64,000 bases of DNA from Candidatus Heimdallarchaeota archaeon (lineage in GTDB: Archaea > Asgardarchaeota > Heimdallarchaeia > JABLTI01). Made by a program: the position numbers and the translations under genes. Within the stretch, counting starts at the first letter, position 1; each line of letters starts with the position of its first letter. The notes beneath the pieces were generated by a model, which made no database searches, was not told the origin of the DNA, and saw nothing but the letters and a program-made list of their open reading frames with translations. The DNA lies in contig JAHLVW010000074.1 in NCBI GenBank assembly GCA_019058275.1, positions 1 through 64,000 on the forward strand, given 5' to 3'. Positions 29,976 through 39,597 of this stretch are shown here, piece by piece.

Positions 29976-31089
29976 AACTCGTGTGGGGGACGCGATTTGA
30001 ACTCATGTAGAGTGGTAAAAAAAATAAGTAATGGTTTTTTTCATATTAGAGAGAACGCATTCTTAATAAATGGTAATACGTCTTATGATATTATGAAAAT
30101 CAATGTAGAGCATATCTCTAGATTGATTAAAAAAAAATGAGGGGAAAGAATGAAAATAGAATCATGTAGATTTTTTAGTGCAGAAGCAAAATTAACCTTA
30201 TTGAATTTATGAAAAGTAATTTTGAGCAAACTGATTCAGTAATTAAGTACTTCAACAAACTAAAACCAAACAAATTAGGTAAATACTTACTAGGTTTTCA
30301 AAAAAGATTAAATGATGAGATAAAAGATTTCCAAATCGATATTGAGTTCTTTAATATTGAAACAATTGAACAAAATCTATCAATACTGAATAAATATCCT
30401 GAACTTGAAAAAGCAATTATTAGTTTTATATGCAAGTTACTTGAATTCCCAATAGGTCTGAATACTACAGAGGAAGAAATTGAAATTCGATATTTTAATA
30501 TCCGTAAAGCATCAAGTCATCTCTCTTATTATAGAGTCAAAGCAATTGAAAATATATTTGAAAAAGAAGAAGCTACCAAATTATACAAAGAAATTGCCAA
30601 ATATTTAATTAAAGAAAGGAAAGAACAAAATCCCCCGGAAATACCCAAAGACCCCAGAAAAGTAACGAGAATTGAATCGAGAGAACGTATTATGAAGTAA
30701 TATCGAGAGTTAGGAGTAGGAGACTTTACAATTGTTATTTATGATGATTACAAAGAATTTTACAAATTTGATAAATGTGTTGTTCATGAAGTTCTCAAAG
30801 ATCTTAATGATCCTGACATCGCTTATCTTAGCTCTTGTTACAGTAGAGATGATCCAAGTAATAACGAGGGATATATTATTTATATGAGAAGAACGCAAAC
30901 ACTCCATCATGGTGATTTTTGCGATGAGCTTTATTGGAATAATGTTGTACATCCTAATGCTGAGCAACCATCTTTAGAGTTTACAAAAAAATTAGGAAAA
31001 GAAGACCCACATAAGCTCGTTGAGGAATATAAAAGAAATTAGCTTCAAAGAAAGGATAAATTAACTGGTGCGGGGGACGCGATTTGAAC
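29976..31089. mobile_element. Decayed island integrated at the 3' end of tRNA-Leu(GAG), with an att-like duplication
   Basis: AACTcGTGtGGGGGACGCGATTTGAAC (29976-30002) matches the tRNA 3' end and flank at 31063-31089 at 25/27 positions. No integrase remains. Confidence 0.65.
30150..31042 (+). pseudogene. L-2-amino-thiazoline-4-carboxylate hydrolase-like domain gene with a 5' frameshift and an in-frame TAA (30698-30700)
   Basis: The frame stays open after the TAA: FDKCVVHEVLKDLNDPDIAYLSSCYSRD...MRRTQTLHHGDFCDELYW, ending at TAG 31042. Confidence 0.7.
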
Positions 31090-31181
31090 GCGCGGACTCC
31101 TGCGAGATGAGGTCCTCATCCTCACGCCTGTAATCGTCTATTTCACGAATGACAAGACATTGACCACTTGGCTACCCCCGC
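31066..31181 (-). tRNA. tRNA-Leu(GAG) with a non-canonical 30-nt D-loop intron (31130-31159)
   Basis: GCGGGGG/CCCCCGC-A-CCA; TGAGG-ATGAGGA-CCTCA; removing the intron restores GGTCAA-AGGC; BHB-like GGTC/GATT helix with 3-nt bulges. Confidence 0.88.
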
Positions 31182-31355
31182 TATTGTGTAGGGTACTATT
31201 TCTCGTAGCAAATTGTCTTTTTAATGTTTTGTTAGGAAATCAAAATTAACATTTTTTGATAGAATATTACTTTATGGAATATGAAGATGTCATCTGGAAA
31301 AACCGTATTTTTATGTATTTCTTATTAAGATTATCATTTGCAGTGGTGTCTCTCA

Positions 31356-32066
31356 ATGATAAATAATGATGATAACGCTAAAGGAATTTTTGTGTTAAAT
31401 GGTCAAATGTTCTCAGTTAATGATTTAATTAATGTGATGCGTCGTCATGGTTTAAGAATAGATATGACAAGAAATGGCTTAGCAATTGATGGTGAACAAA
31501 TTACATCCATTTCTAACCTTGATGGCAATAAATGTCCTTTAGCTGGAACTTGTGAAAAAAGAATTGCTTTGGTTGAATTTTTGAAATTACAAAAAACTCA
31601 GGGAACCAGAGATCAAAATTATGATTTCATTGAACCACCTTATTTACAATCATCTCAACAAAGTTCACAATATGAGTATCGTAGCAAAGAACCTAGAAAT
31701 GACTTCATTAAACCAAATAATCATGATCTTTTTGAGGGAAATGTTTCTCAATCACGTGGATTATTTGATGAACCTGAGGTAGAGACAGAAATGAGAGGTT
31801 TGTTTGATGAACCTGATTTTTATTCCGACTCAGAGGAACCATTATTTGAAGGTTCATTATTTAATGAAAGCAATAACCAAAATAGAGATTTACCTCGAGA
31901 TAGACAATTCTCTAATTCCTCTAATTACAATGAAACTCACACTGTTGAAAACAATTATTGTAACAAATGCGGTTTTGACTTGAATCCCTCATGGAATTCT
32001 TGTCCAAATTGTGGTCAAAGGATTACTCAAAGAAGCAACAGAAATAATAACGATTATTTCTACTAA
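31356..32066 (+). CDS. Hypothetical protein with a disordered LF-acidic repeat region and a C-terminal zinc ribbon
   Basis: RGLFDEP twice; CNKCG...CPNCG. Confidence 0.75.
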   Translation: MINNDDNAKGIFVLNGQMFSVNDLINVMRRHGLRIDMTRNGLAIDGEQITSISNLDGNKCPLAGTCEKRIALVEFLKLQKTQGTRDQNYDFIEPPYLQSSQQSSQYEYRSKEPRNDFIKPNNHDLFEGNVSQSRGLFDEPEVETEMRGLFDEPDFYSDSEEPLFEGSLFNESNNQNRDLPRDRQFSNSSNYNETHTVENNYCNKCGFDLNPSWNSCPNCGQRITQRSNRNNNDYFY

Positions 32067-32177
32067 TATTAGCAAAAAAGGTTCCTTCTTAAATCGTAAC
32101 AATTAGGAAGCGACCGAATTTTTTTTAATCTCGAAAAATTTCTTACGAATTAGAAAAGCCCGGAAGGAGATATTAAT

Positions 32178-32627
32178 ATGTCAACAACCACAACACCAAA
32201 ATGGATTTTTAATAAAGAACTCGCAGATTTAAAAGGAAAATATATTACTGTAGTTTCCATCTCTGGTAAGTCTTTTAATGGTATGTTGAAAGCTTGGAAC
32301 CCAGATACTTTTGATATATGTTTAGCCAATGTTAATGAAGCTAAAAATAATTATTTCAAAGTTTTTCTTAGAGGTCCGACTATCTCTGAAATTTTAATTT
32401 CTGAACAGCCTTTTAATTTACATGCTTTAGCTTTAGAATTAAGAGAACGTTTGAATTTATTGGAAGCAGATGTCAAGGTTTTCGATGATGCACGAATAAT
32501 CCAAGTTTTGAACAAAGTAAAAGTTAATGAGAAAGGAGTTGAAGGCACTGGACCTGTTGCTGATAGGGTTCGAGCTGTTTTTGATTCGTTTATGGAAACT
32601 TTAGAAGAAGAAAAGAAAGAAGAATAA
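32178..32627 (+). CDS. Sm-like protein with a C-terminal domain (SmAP3-like)
   Basis: Sm fold (GKYITV...FNGML...L.NV...VFLRG) plus VLNKVKVNEKGVEG.GP.A.RV. Confidence 0.85.
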   Translation: MSTTTTPKWIFNKELADLKGKYITVVSISGKSFNGMLKAWNPDTFDICLANVNEAKNNYFKVFLRGPTISEILISEQPFNLHALALELRERLNLLEADVKVFDDARIIQVLNKVKVNEKGVEGTGPVADRVRAVFDSFMETLEEEKKEE

Positions 32628-32663
32628 CTTATTTTCATCTTCTTCCTACTTTTATTTTAGATA

Positions 32664-34271
32664 TTGGTGAAACTCTTGTTTGAATTAACTGCAAGTGATT
32701 TGCTTGGTAGAAATGGTATAATACATACAAGTAAAGGTAAAATCAGAACTCCTTGTTTTGTTCCTGTGGTTCATCCTGAGCCTACTAAAAATTTGGTGAA
32801 TGTAAGTGAGTTCTCTAGTGGATTTGATGTGGAATTCATTATTACCAGTTCTTATATTCTAAAAAAACGATTTGATGATACTATTACGGATCTTCATAAA
32901 TTAACAGAATTTCAAGGTCCAATTATGACTGATTCTGGTGCTTTCCAATCACTTGTCTATGGTGAGATTGAGTTTACACCTGAGAGTGTTATTAAATTTC
33001 AAGAGGGCATTGGTTCTGATTTTGCTGTACCTTTGGATTTACCTATCTCTAAACTTGATTCATATGATTTAGCTAAGTCTAAGGTTGATGAAACAATAAA
33101 ACGATGTCAAGAAGTTCCTAATTTAATTAAATCACTAAAAACACTGTGGGTAGGTCCCATACAGGGTGGAAAATATCTTGATTTGGTTGAAAAATCATCT
33201 ATTGCAGTTTCTGATATAGATTCCTTTGATATGTTTGCTATTGGTAGTGTTGTTGAATTAATGAATGATTATCAATATGATACACTTATTGATATAATTA
33301 TTACAGGGAAAAAGAACCTAAATTCTGGAAAACCTCTTCATTTATTTGGTGCAGGTCATCCTTCAATGTTTGCTTTAATTGTTGCTGCAGGCTGTGATTC
33401 TTTTGATTCAGCTGCTTATTCATTATATGCTCAAAAAGATCGATACTTAACTGTCAATCAAACTTTTCAACTTGAAGAGCTAGAAGAGTTTCCTTGTAAC
33501 TGTCCTGTATGTGTTCAAATAACTCCTGCTGAACTTCAAAAGAAAAAGAAGAAGGAAAGAATGAAGTTATTGGCAAGTCATAATTTGTATGTTTGTCAAG
33601 CTGAAATAAAGAATATTAGAAATGCTGTTTCAAATGGATTATTATGGAATTTGATTGAAACTAGATCTAGATCTCATCCAAATTTAAGAAAGGGTTTCGA
33701 ACGGTTAATTAGTTATTCCAAACTGCTTACTACTAGTTCTCCTTCAACTAAAAAGAAAGGAATCTTTCTAACTTCAGAGTCAGATTTGTTTAGACCTGAA
33801 ATCATCCTACATTCAAAGAGATTAAAAAATCTGACTTTTAATGAAAGAAAAAAACTTGTTCTAATATCACTTTTGAATGTTGATATAAATGAAATCTATA
33901 GTCTTGTATCAAAAATTAGATCACAAGTTAAAAACGATAGTAAACTTACTCGAGATTACGAAATCTGGTTAATTGATCCATATTTTGATATTGTTCCTTT
34001 AGAAATCGCAAATGTTTATCCTTTAACACAGTTTGTTTCTATCAAAAATATATCAAGTATTATAATTCATGAGAAAATAAATCTACTAATTGATTTTCTA
34101 ACAAAATGCAAATTCAAAGAAATAGTTCTTATTGGTGATATTAAAAAGCTAATAATGTTGGAAAAAAGCTATTTATATTTTGCTAATTTGAAAGTAAAAT
34201 TATCAACTTTTGGTTTGAAAATCTCTGAGAATCGCTTAAAAGATATTGAAAAGGTTCTTGAGTTTCTCTAA
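32664..34271 (+). CDS. tgtA: Archaeosine tRNA-guanine transglycosylase (no obvious PUA domain)
   Basis: MTDSGAFQ, LDLP, PIQGG, HLFGAGHP, DSFDSAAY and CNCPVC motifs. Confidence 0.95.
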   Translation: MVKLLFELTASDLLGRNGIIHTSKGKIRTPCFVPVVHPEPTKNLVNVSEFSSGFDVEFIITSSYILKKRFDDTITDLHKLTEFQGPIMTDSGAFQSLVYGEIEFTPESVIKFQEGIGSDFAVPLDLPISKLDSYDLAKSKVDETIKRCQEVPNLIKSLKTLWVGPIQGGKYLDLVEKSSIAVSDIDSFDMFAIGSVVELMNDYQYDTLIDIIITGKKNLNSGKPLHLFGAGHPSMFALIVAAGCDSFDSAAYSLYAQKDRYLTVNQTFQLEELEEFPCNCPVCVQITPAELQKKKKKERMKLLASHNLYVCQAEIKNIRNAVSNGLLWNLIETRSRSHPNLRKGFERLISYSKLLTTSSPSTKKKGIFLTSESDLFRPEIILHSKRLKNLTFNERKKLVLISLLNVDINEIYSLVSKIRSQVKNDSKLTRDYEIWLIDPYFDIVPLEIANVYPLTQFVSIKNISSIIIHEKINLLIDFLTKCKFKEIVLIGDIKKLIMLEKSYLYFANLKVKLSTFGLKISENRLKDIEKVLEFL

Positions 34272-34335
34272 ATTAACACTGTTGTTTGGATTGTTGAGTT
34301 TTTATCTTGTAAACTAAATTATCTATTGGAGTAAA

Positions 34336-34650
34336 ATGATCCAAGATTTACTATTAATTGATATAACAAGAAATTGTTTTAGTACTTATAGTTCTAGATT
34401 TATTTTTACGTTAATATCTAAAATTGATTTTTGTACTAGAAATGAATTAGTAAAATGGACCGGATTTTCCAGTATAACTATCTCGAGATATCTCCATGAG
34501 TTTAGTAAAGCAGGCTTAATTAAAAATGCTCCTGGAATTATGTTTTTATCTGTTTTAGGGAAGAATGTTTTTAATTCTTTAGGTGATTTATTTCAAAAAG
34601 AAATTAAAATTGCTAGTGAAATAGATTTAGATGACCTATTTACTGAGTAA
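34336..34650 (+). CDS. Small winged-HTH protein
   Basis: TRNELVKWTGFSSITISRYLHEF..AGLI. Confidence 0.7.
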   Translation: MIQDLLLIDITRNCFSTYSSRFIFTLISKIDFCTRNELVKWTGFSSITISRYLHEFSKAGLIKNAPGIMFLSVLGKNVFNSLGDLFQKEIKIASEIDLDDLFTE

Positions 34651-35077
34651 TTAGTTTAGGAATCTTTTCTCGTATTTCCTTTCTCAGTTTATACTTTCTT
34701 TCATTTCGAGTTCCTGTTCTCTCAAGATACCCTTCTTCATATAATCTTGCTAGATAAGTACTTCCTGTTGTTATTTTTAATTGAGTAGAAAATAAATCTT
34801 GATATGATTCGCATAAGTCATTTGTTGTAAAGTAAGAACCCATTCCATAAGCAGTAGAAATAAGTAATTTTACACGATCATAAACAGATAAATCCAATGC
34901 ATCTTCTATTGGAATATCTGGTGAACCTTCTAAATCACTTGTTCTTTTTCCTAAAATATTATTGGCAGAAACAATTAAAGTTTTAAGGCTTTTTTCATTT
35001 AATGTGCCTTCAAATGTTATTGTGATTTTGTTTTCTTGATCGTCACTCATTTCAACTTTAACTTTTCTCTTACTCAA
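34640..35077 (-). CDS. Conserved hypothetical protein with a C-terminal winged HTH, origin-adjacent
   Basis: N-terminal beta-hairpin KVKVEMSDD..KITITFEG; STYLARLYEEGYLERTG. Confidence 0.75.
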   Translation of the reverse strand: MSKRKVKVEMSDDQENKITITFEGTLNEKSLKTLIVSANNILGKRTSDLEGSPDIPIEDALDLSVYDRVKLLISTAYGMGSYFTTNDLCESYQDLFSTQLKITTGSTYLARLYEEGYLERTGTRNERKYKLRKEIREKIPKLITQ

Positions 35078-35351
35078 TAGCTATATCTCCAATAGATATA
35101 AGGGTAAGTTTACTTATAATTAGTTCTAATATATAGATATTACGAAGATATTTTTGTATAATTATTACCTGTTATTGTATTTTATCTTAGACCCGTTAAT
35201 TTCTATTGGAAAAAAATGCTTTATTATTTTTAAAAATGTTTATTTAAATAGACAAAAGATTAATATATTAAAAAGAATCTTAGGTACCAAACTGAAATTT
35301 GTTAGTATAATAATTATTAAAGAAATTATTACTATAGAAAAAAAATCTCTT

Positions 35352-35537
35352 CTCCATTAGAAGAGAAGGGGAGATTAAGAAATAGGTTCATTTTTATGTA
35401 AATAGTTCTATAAATTGTGAATATCTTTACTTTATAGATCATTTTATTTGAATTATAGTGTTAATTACTCAATCTCTCAATGAAAATACTATTCATATCT
35501 TTAACGTTTTTAAAACCCCTTAATTTCCACTGGAAAA
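35352..35537. promoter_or_regulatory. Probable replication origin: inverted ORB pair flanking an AT-rich DUE
   Basis: Minus-strand TTTTCCAGTGGAAATTAAGGGG (35516-35537) and plus-strand CTCCATTAGAAGAGAAGGGG (35352-35371), with G-strings facing inward. Confidence 0.75.
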
Positions 35538-35858
35538 CACATAGCAGATTGGATATTAGTTGTTTTGTTCACATATTCACAGAAAAGTTGTGAATTCACG
35601 CGAAATAAGGAGAAAATTGTTATTTTGTGAAAAGAAGGAAGGAGAATCCTTCTTTTTCATTAAAAATAAATTAGATTTTAGTTATTTACCTGTATCTTTA
35701 AGCTATTTACCCAAAGAATAATTTTTTTATAAAAGAAAATTGTTAATTTCTTAGGTAATTATCCATATATAAGAGACATTTTTATTTGTTTATTCAATAA
35801 AATAAGCTATTTTTTTTGAGTTTTTGCTTTCTTTTTATTCATATTTCACAATTTCACT

Positions 35859-35928
35859 TGTAAATATTGTGTTCTTTGTGTATACTGTATATACTGTGTT
35901 CATGTATTTACTGTAAATCTGTGAATAT
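35859..35928. repeat. Tandem array of 8 degenerate TGT-N5/6 units
   Basis: TGTAAATAT TGTGTTCTT TGTGTATAC TGTATATAC TGTGTTCA TGTATTTAC TGTAAATC TGTGAATAT. Confidence 0.6.
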
Positions 35929-36035
35929 ATACACAGTTTTCTATTAAATCTTATGTGGGAAATATGTAGATAATAACACTTCTTATGTTCTAAATTTGAA
36001 ATAAATGAATTAGACTTAGTAATGGAGGACTACTT

Positions 36036-36650
36036 ATGTCTTTAAGTTGGATACAGAAGATCCTTACCAGGAAGAAAAAGAAAGATGTTAGACTTGCTTT
36101 TTATGGTGAGGTAAATGCAGGAAAAACAACATTGGCAAATAAAATTGCTAATGATCTTGGCTACGCTGATCTTGGTCCGGTTTCTGAAATTCCACATGAA
36201 ACTCGAAAAGTCTTAAAGTTGGAAAATGCTCAACTTGAAAAAGATGGTGTTGAGGTAAATTTTACTTTATTGGATATGCCAGGCATTGCATCAACAGTTG
36301 ACTATCGAAATTTCGTTAAATTTGGATTAACAGAATCTGAAGCAATTCAAAGAGCTAAAGAGGCTACTAAAGGTATTTTAGAAGCAATAAAAATGATAGA
36401 TCAAGTTGATATTGCTTTAGTAATTTTAGATTCCACTAAAGTACCTTTTGAACAAGTTAATTTAACGATACTCGGAAATTTGCAATTACAAAACATACCG
36501 CTTATAATTGTAGCAAATAAAATTGATTTACCTGATTCACGACCTGAATTGGTTCGACAAACTTTTTCAGGACAGACAACTGTTGCTGTTTCAGCAAAAA
36601 CTGGTGATAATGTCGACGAATTATATGATGCTATTATCAGGAGTTCATGA
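36036..36650 (+). CDS. oapA: Era-like GTPase, OapA-type origin-associated protein
   Basis: YGEVNAGKTTLAN, SEIPHETR, DMPG, RAKEATKG, ANKID and SAK motifs. Confidence 0.85.
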   Translation: MSLSWIQKILTRKKKKDVRLAFYGEVNAGKTTLANKIANDLGYADLGPVSEIPHETRKVLKLENAQLEKDGVEVNFTLLDMPGIASTVDYRNFVKFGLTESEAIQRAKEATKGILEAIKMIDQVDIALVILDSTKVPFEQVNLTILGNLQLQNIPLIIVANKIDLPDSRPELVRQTFSGQTTVAVSAKTGDNVDELYDAIIRSS

Positions 36651-36660
36651 GGTGCAAAAA

Positions 36661-37023
36661 ATGAAGTATTATATTGATTATATTACCAAAACTGCTACAG
36701 ATAAATTAACCACTTTTGAGAAAATCAAGATGATTATTCGTCTTGTAAGACAAAATAGGGTTTTAATTATTGAAAGTGGATTATCTCCTGAGGAAGAAGC
36801 TGAATTAATTAAACAAACTATGATGGTTATTGATTTCGATGATTTTATTGGAGTAGATTTCTTTAATTGGGATCGCAATTGTAAAGAATCAAAACGATTT
36901 TTTAAGAAATCACCTCGAGTAAACGAATCTCGTTATACTGTGGTTGCTCCATCAGCACATGTTAAAGTTATCGAAAATAGTGAAGATTTACTATCAATTA
37001 GATTTGAGCCTCCTGCTCAATGA
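36661..37023 (+). CDS. oapB: DUF2073 / OapB-type protein
   Basis: EKIKMII..V....IIESGLSPEEEAELIKQTM..ID.D.F.G; follows oapA. Confidence 0.85.
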   Translation: MKYYIDYITKTATDKLTTFEKIKMIIRLVRQNRVLIIESGLSPEEEAELIKQTMMVIDFDDFIGVDFFNWDRNCKESKRFFKKSPRVNESRYTVVAPSAHVKVIENSEDLLSIRFEPPAQ

Positions 37024-37085
37024 TTTAGTAAATTTTCTTTTTTTCTTTCTAAATAGTAATATATTCCTTTTGTAGCTGTATTCCT

Positions 37086-37604
37086 ATGAATAAATCTTTG
37101 TTACCTAAAGTTATCCTTATTTCAGGTACACCTGGTGTAGGGAAAACTACTATTAGTGATTTACTTCGTAAACAAGGATATCAAGTATTAAGTTTAAATG
37201 AGTTTATATTAGCAAATGGTTTGTTTTTTGGATTAGATTTATCTCGAGATAGTGTAATTGTTGATGAAGAAATTTTACAATCAAAATTACTTGAAGAAAT
37301 TAAGTGTTTTAGTGATTTACTTTTCATTGAGGGCCATAATGCTGAACTTGTACCTTCTAATAGTATTGATAGTGCTTTTGTTCTACGATGCAACTCAGGT
37401 ATTTTAAGAGAACGATTGGAATCCTCTCGAGATTACTCAAAAAATAAGATTGAGGAGAATATCAATGCTGAAATTATGGATGAATGCCTCTTAGCAATAA
37501 AATATCATCATTCATCAACCAAGGTTTTTGAAATTGACACGACTACTTTAACTCCTCATGCTATTGTTAATAAAATCCTTAATTATATAACAGAAAAAAT
37601 TTAA
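37086..37604 (+). CDS. Adenylate kinase AK6/Fap7-type
   Basis: SGTPGVGKTT, FIEGH, VLRC..L.ERL..R.Y..KI.EN..AE motifs. Confidence 0.9.
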   Translation: MNKSLLPKVILISGTPGVGKTTISDLLRKQGYQVLSLNEFILANGLFFGLDLSRDSVIVDEEILQSKLLEEIKCFSDLLFIEGHNAELVPSNSIDSAFVLRCNSGILRERLESSRDYSKNKIEENINAEIMDECLLAIKYHHSSTKVFEIDTTTLTPHAIVNKILNYITEKI

Positions 37605-37671
37605 AATTGTCCTAAGCGTATATTGATATATTTTAATGTTTATATTTTATTATTAGTCAGAAGGTGGTTTT

Positions 37672-39597
37672 TTGTCACAAAAGAAAAGAATACCCCAATC
37701 TTCATCACCAGATAAGAAAGCTGGTAATAAATCACCTGTGAAAAAAAGAAAAATTTTCACAAAAGCCAATTTTACAAAGATATTTCTGCCATCACTATTA
37801 TTAATTGCCATTATTTTAACACCAGTACTTTTTGAGGTATTTAGTACCCGACATCAAAAAATTGATGATGTAATTGAAAACAGATATGGCGATGACTTTA
37901 ATCCTGATGATGATCGAACACCATTTATCGATATTTTTATTGATGCTGATTTAAATGATTCAGACGGTATTTTAGATGACTTTACAAATGGTATTGATGA
38001 TCCTAATAGAATCTTATTCAAGATATCTCCTACAAATGAGTATCTTTATTGGCGATTAGAAACCTATGATACTTACACCATGGATAATTGGGATAAAAAC
38101 ATCACTGTTACTGAAATATCGGGTTATTCCAGCCTTCCCAGCTTTGCTGATGGTGAATTAGAAATTAGTGCAGAACTTTTATATTCTGATGGATCCTTAG
38201 TTGGTTACTTTCCTGCTCCTTATCATTATCAATACGGTGAAAGTTTTTCAAATGATATTTCATTTGATCCTATTAATGATTGGACAACTACTAACTTATA
38301 CGAAGACATGTACAATTGTAAATTAATAGAAGCACAGTTTGATAGTGATATCGGAAATACTACAGTGGACTATAATGTTTCTTATACTCTTCAAGATAAT
38401 GAGTATATTAAGAACAATAGTCAAGGTTTCAGTACATTAAATTCCATTGTTTCTTCTAATCAAGTATTAGAAGATAGATACCTTCAAATTCCTCAGGATT
38501 ATTCACTTTATGCGCCCTATACAACACAAATCGCTAACTCTTTGCTAGATACTTCCAATACAATTTACGAACAAGTTTTTCGTAATATGATTTGGCTCTC
38601 GAGTAATTGCAGTTATGACATTGAAATGCTATTTGGGAATTCTGATGATGCACCTGCAGAAGATGAAGATTATGTTGAATGGTTTTTAAATAGACGATCA
38701 GGAACTGCTGCTCATTTTGCTGCAGCACTAGCAATGATAAGTAGAATTCAAGATATCCCATCACGAATGGTTGTTGGATTCTCTTCAGGTGATCTTATAG
38801 GTTCTGAATTTGTTGTACGTGCACAACATATTCACTCTTGGGTAGAGGTATTTATTCCCTTATCTGGTACTATGGGTTACTGGGTAGCTTTTGACCCTTC
38901 ACCTCTGATACCCAGTATTAGAGATCAATACGGAGAAAATACTATTGGTTTTCAACCAGTATTTTATTGTACAAATGAATTCTTTATTTCACCATTACAT
39001 ATGATTCCCCAACCTTCTTATCCTTATTTTGTTCCCAATCCCTTATCTGATGCTTGGTATAATGATCCATACGATCCCTCAAATTGGTATGGTCCTTATG
39101 TTAACCGATCAGATTCATTTGATATTTTTGCTTTTTTAGCTAATGGCAAAGATGAGGATTTCTTCCAATATTTATTAACAGGTGATCCAGGTGGTTTGGA
39201 ATTCGTTGAAGATGAACAAATCACATTTATTGATACTACTACTGATACAATTATGGGATCTGCTATAACTAATGCAGATGGAAGAGCACAACTAAGTTAT
39301 AACTATTCAATTTCAGACCCAAGTGGATTACATCTCATTAGTGCTGAGTGGTTAGGTATTCAGGTTCCTACTTATGATCTTCGTTACTTCCCTGTAAGTT
39401 TAATTGAAACAGGTGTAATTGTTACAGGTAGCGTGAATATTAGTTCATATCTTCCACAAGAGATGTATGAAGCAATGCAAATTCTGACTGTTCCTCAGTT
39501 AAATAACTCTTATCAATATGATTTGATTACAAATAATATTAACTTCCTAACTAGTGATTTTCTAATTTGTTCCTATTATACGAAAAAACCTATCTAA
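37672..39597 (+). CDS. Membrane-anchored transglutaminase-like (TgpA-type) protein lacking the catalytic Cys
   Basis: YWR..TYD.Y; GTAAHFAAAL...IPSRMVVGF; HSWVEV; FDPSP. Confidence 0.85.
   Translation: MSQKKRIPQSSSPDKKAGNKSPVKKRKIFTKANFTKIFLPSLLLIAIILTPVLFEVFSTRHQKIDDVIENRYGDDFNPDDDRTPFIDIFIDADLNDSDGILDDFTNGIDDPNRILFKISPTNEYLYWRLETYDTYTMDNWDKNITVTEISGYSSLPSFADGELEISAELLYSDGSLVGYFPAPYHYQYGESFSNDISFDPINDWTTTNLYEDMYNCKLIEAQFDSDIGNTTVDYNVSYTLQDNEYIKNNSQGFSTLNSIVSSNQVLEDRYLQIPQDYSLYAPYTTQIANSLLDTSNTIYEQVFRNMIWLSSNCSYDIEMLFGNSDDAPAEDEDYVEWFLNRRSGTAAHFAAALAMISRIQDIPSRMVVGFSSGDLIGSEFVVRAQHIHSWVEVFIPLSGTMGYWVAFDPSPLIPSIRDQYGENTIGFQPVFYCTNEFFISPLHMIPQPSYPYFVPNPLSDAWYNDPYDPSNWYGPYVNRSDSFDIFAFLANGKDEDFFQYLLTGDPGGLEFVEDEQITFIDTTTDTIMGSAITNADGRAQLSYNYSISDPSGLHLISAEWLGIQVPTYDLRYFPVSLIETGVIVTGSVNISSYLPQEMYEAMQILTVPQLNNSYQYDLITNNINFLTSDFLICSYYTKKPI

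Noticed and set aside
30710-30967. Minus-strand 85-aa ORF
   Set aside because: Shadow of the plus-strand pseudogene continuation.
35154-35360. ORFs in the AT-rich gaps (also 50526-50883 and 51203-51406)
   Set aside because: Low-complexity I/K/F/Y translations with no RBS, overlapping ORB or repeat sites.
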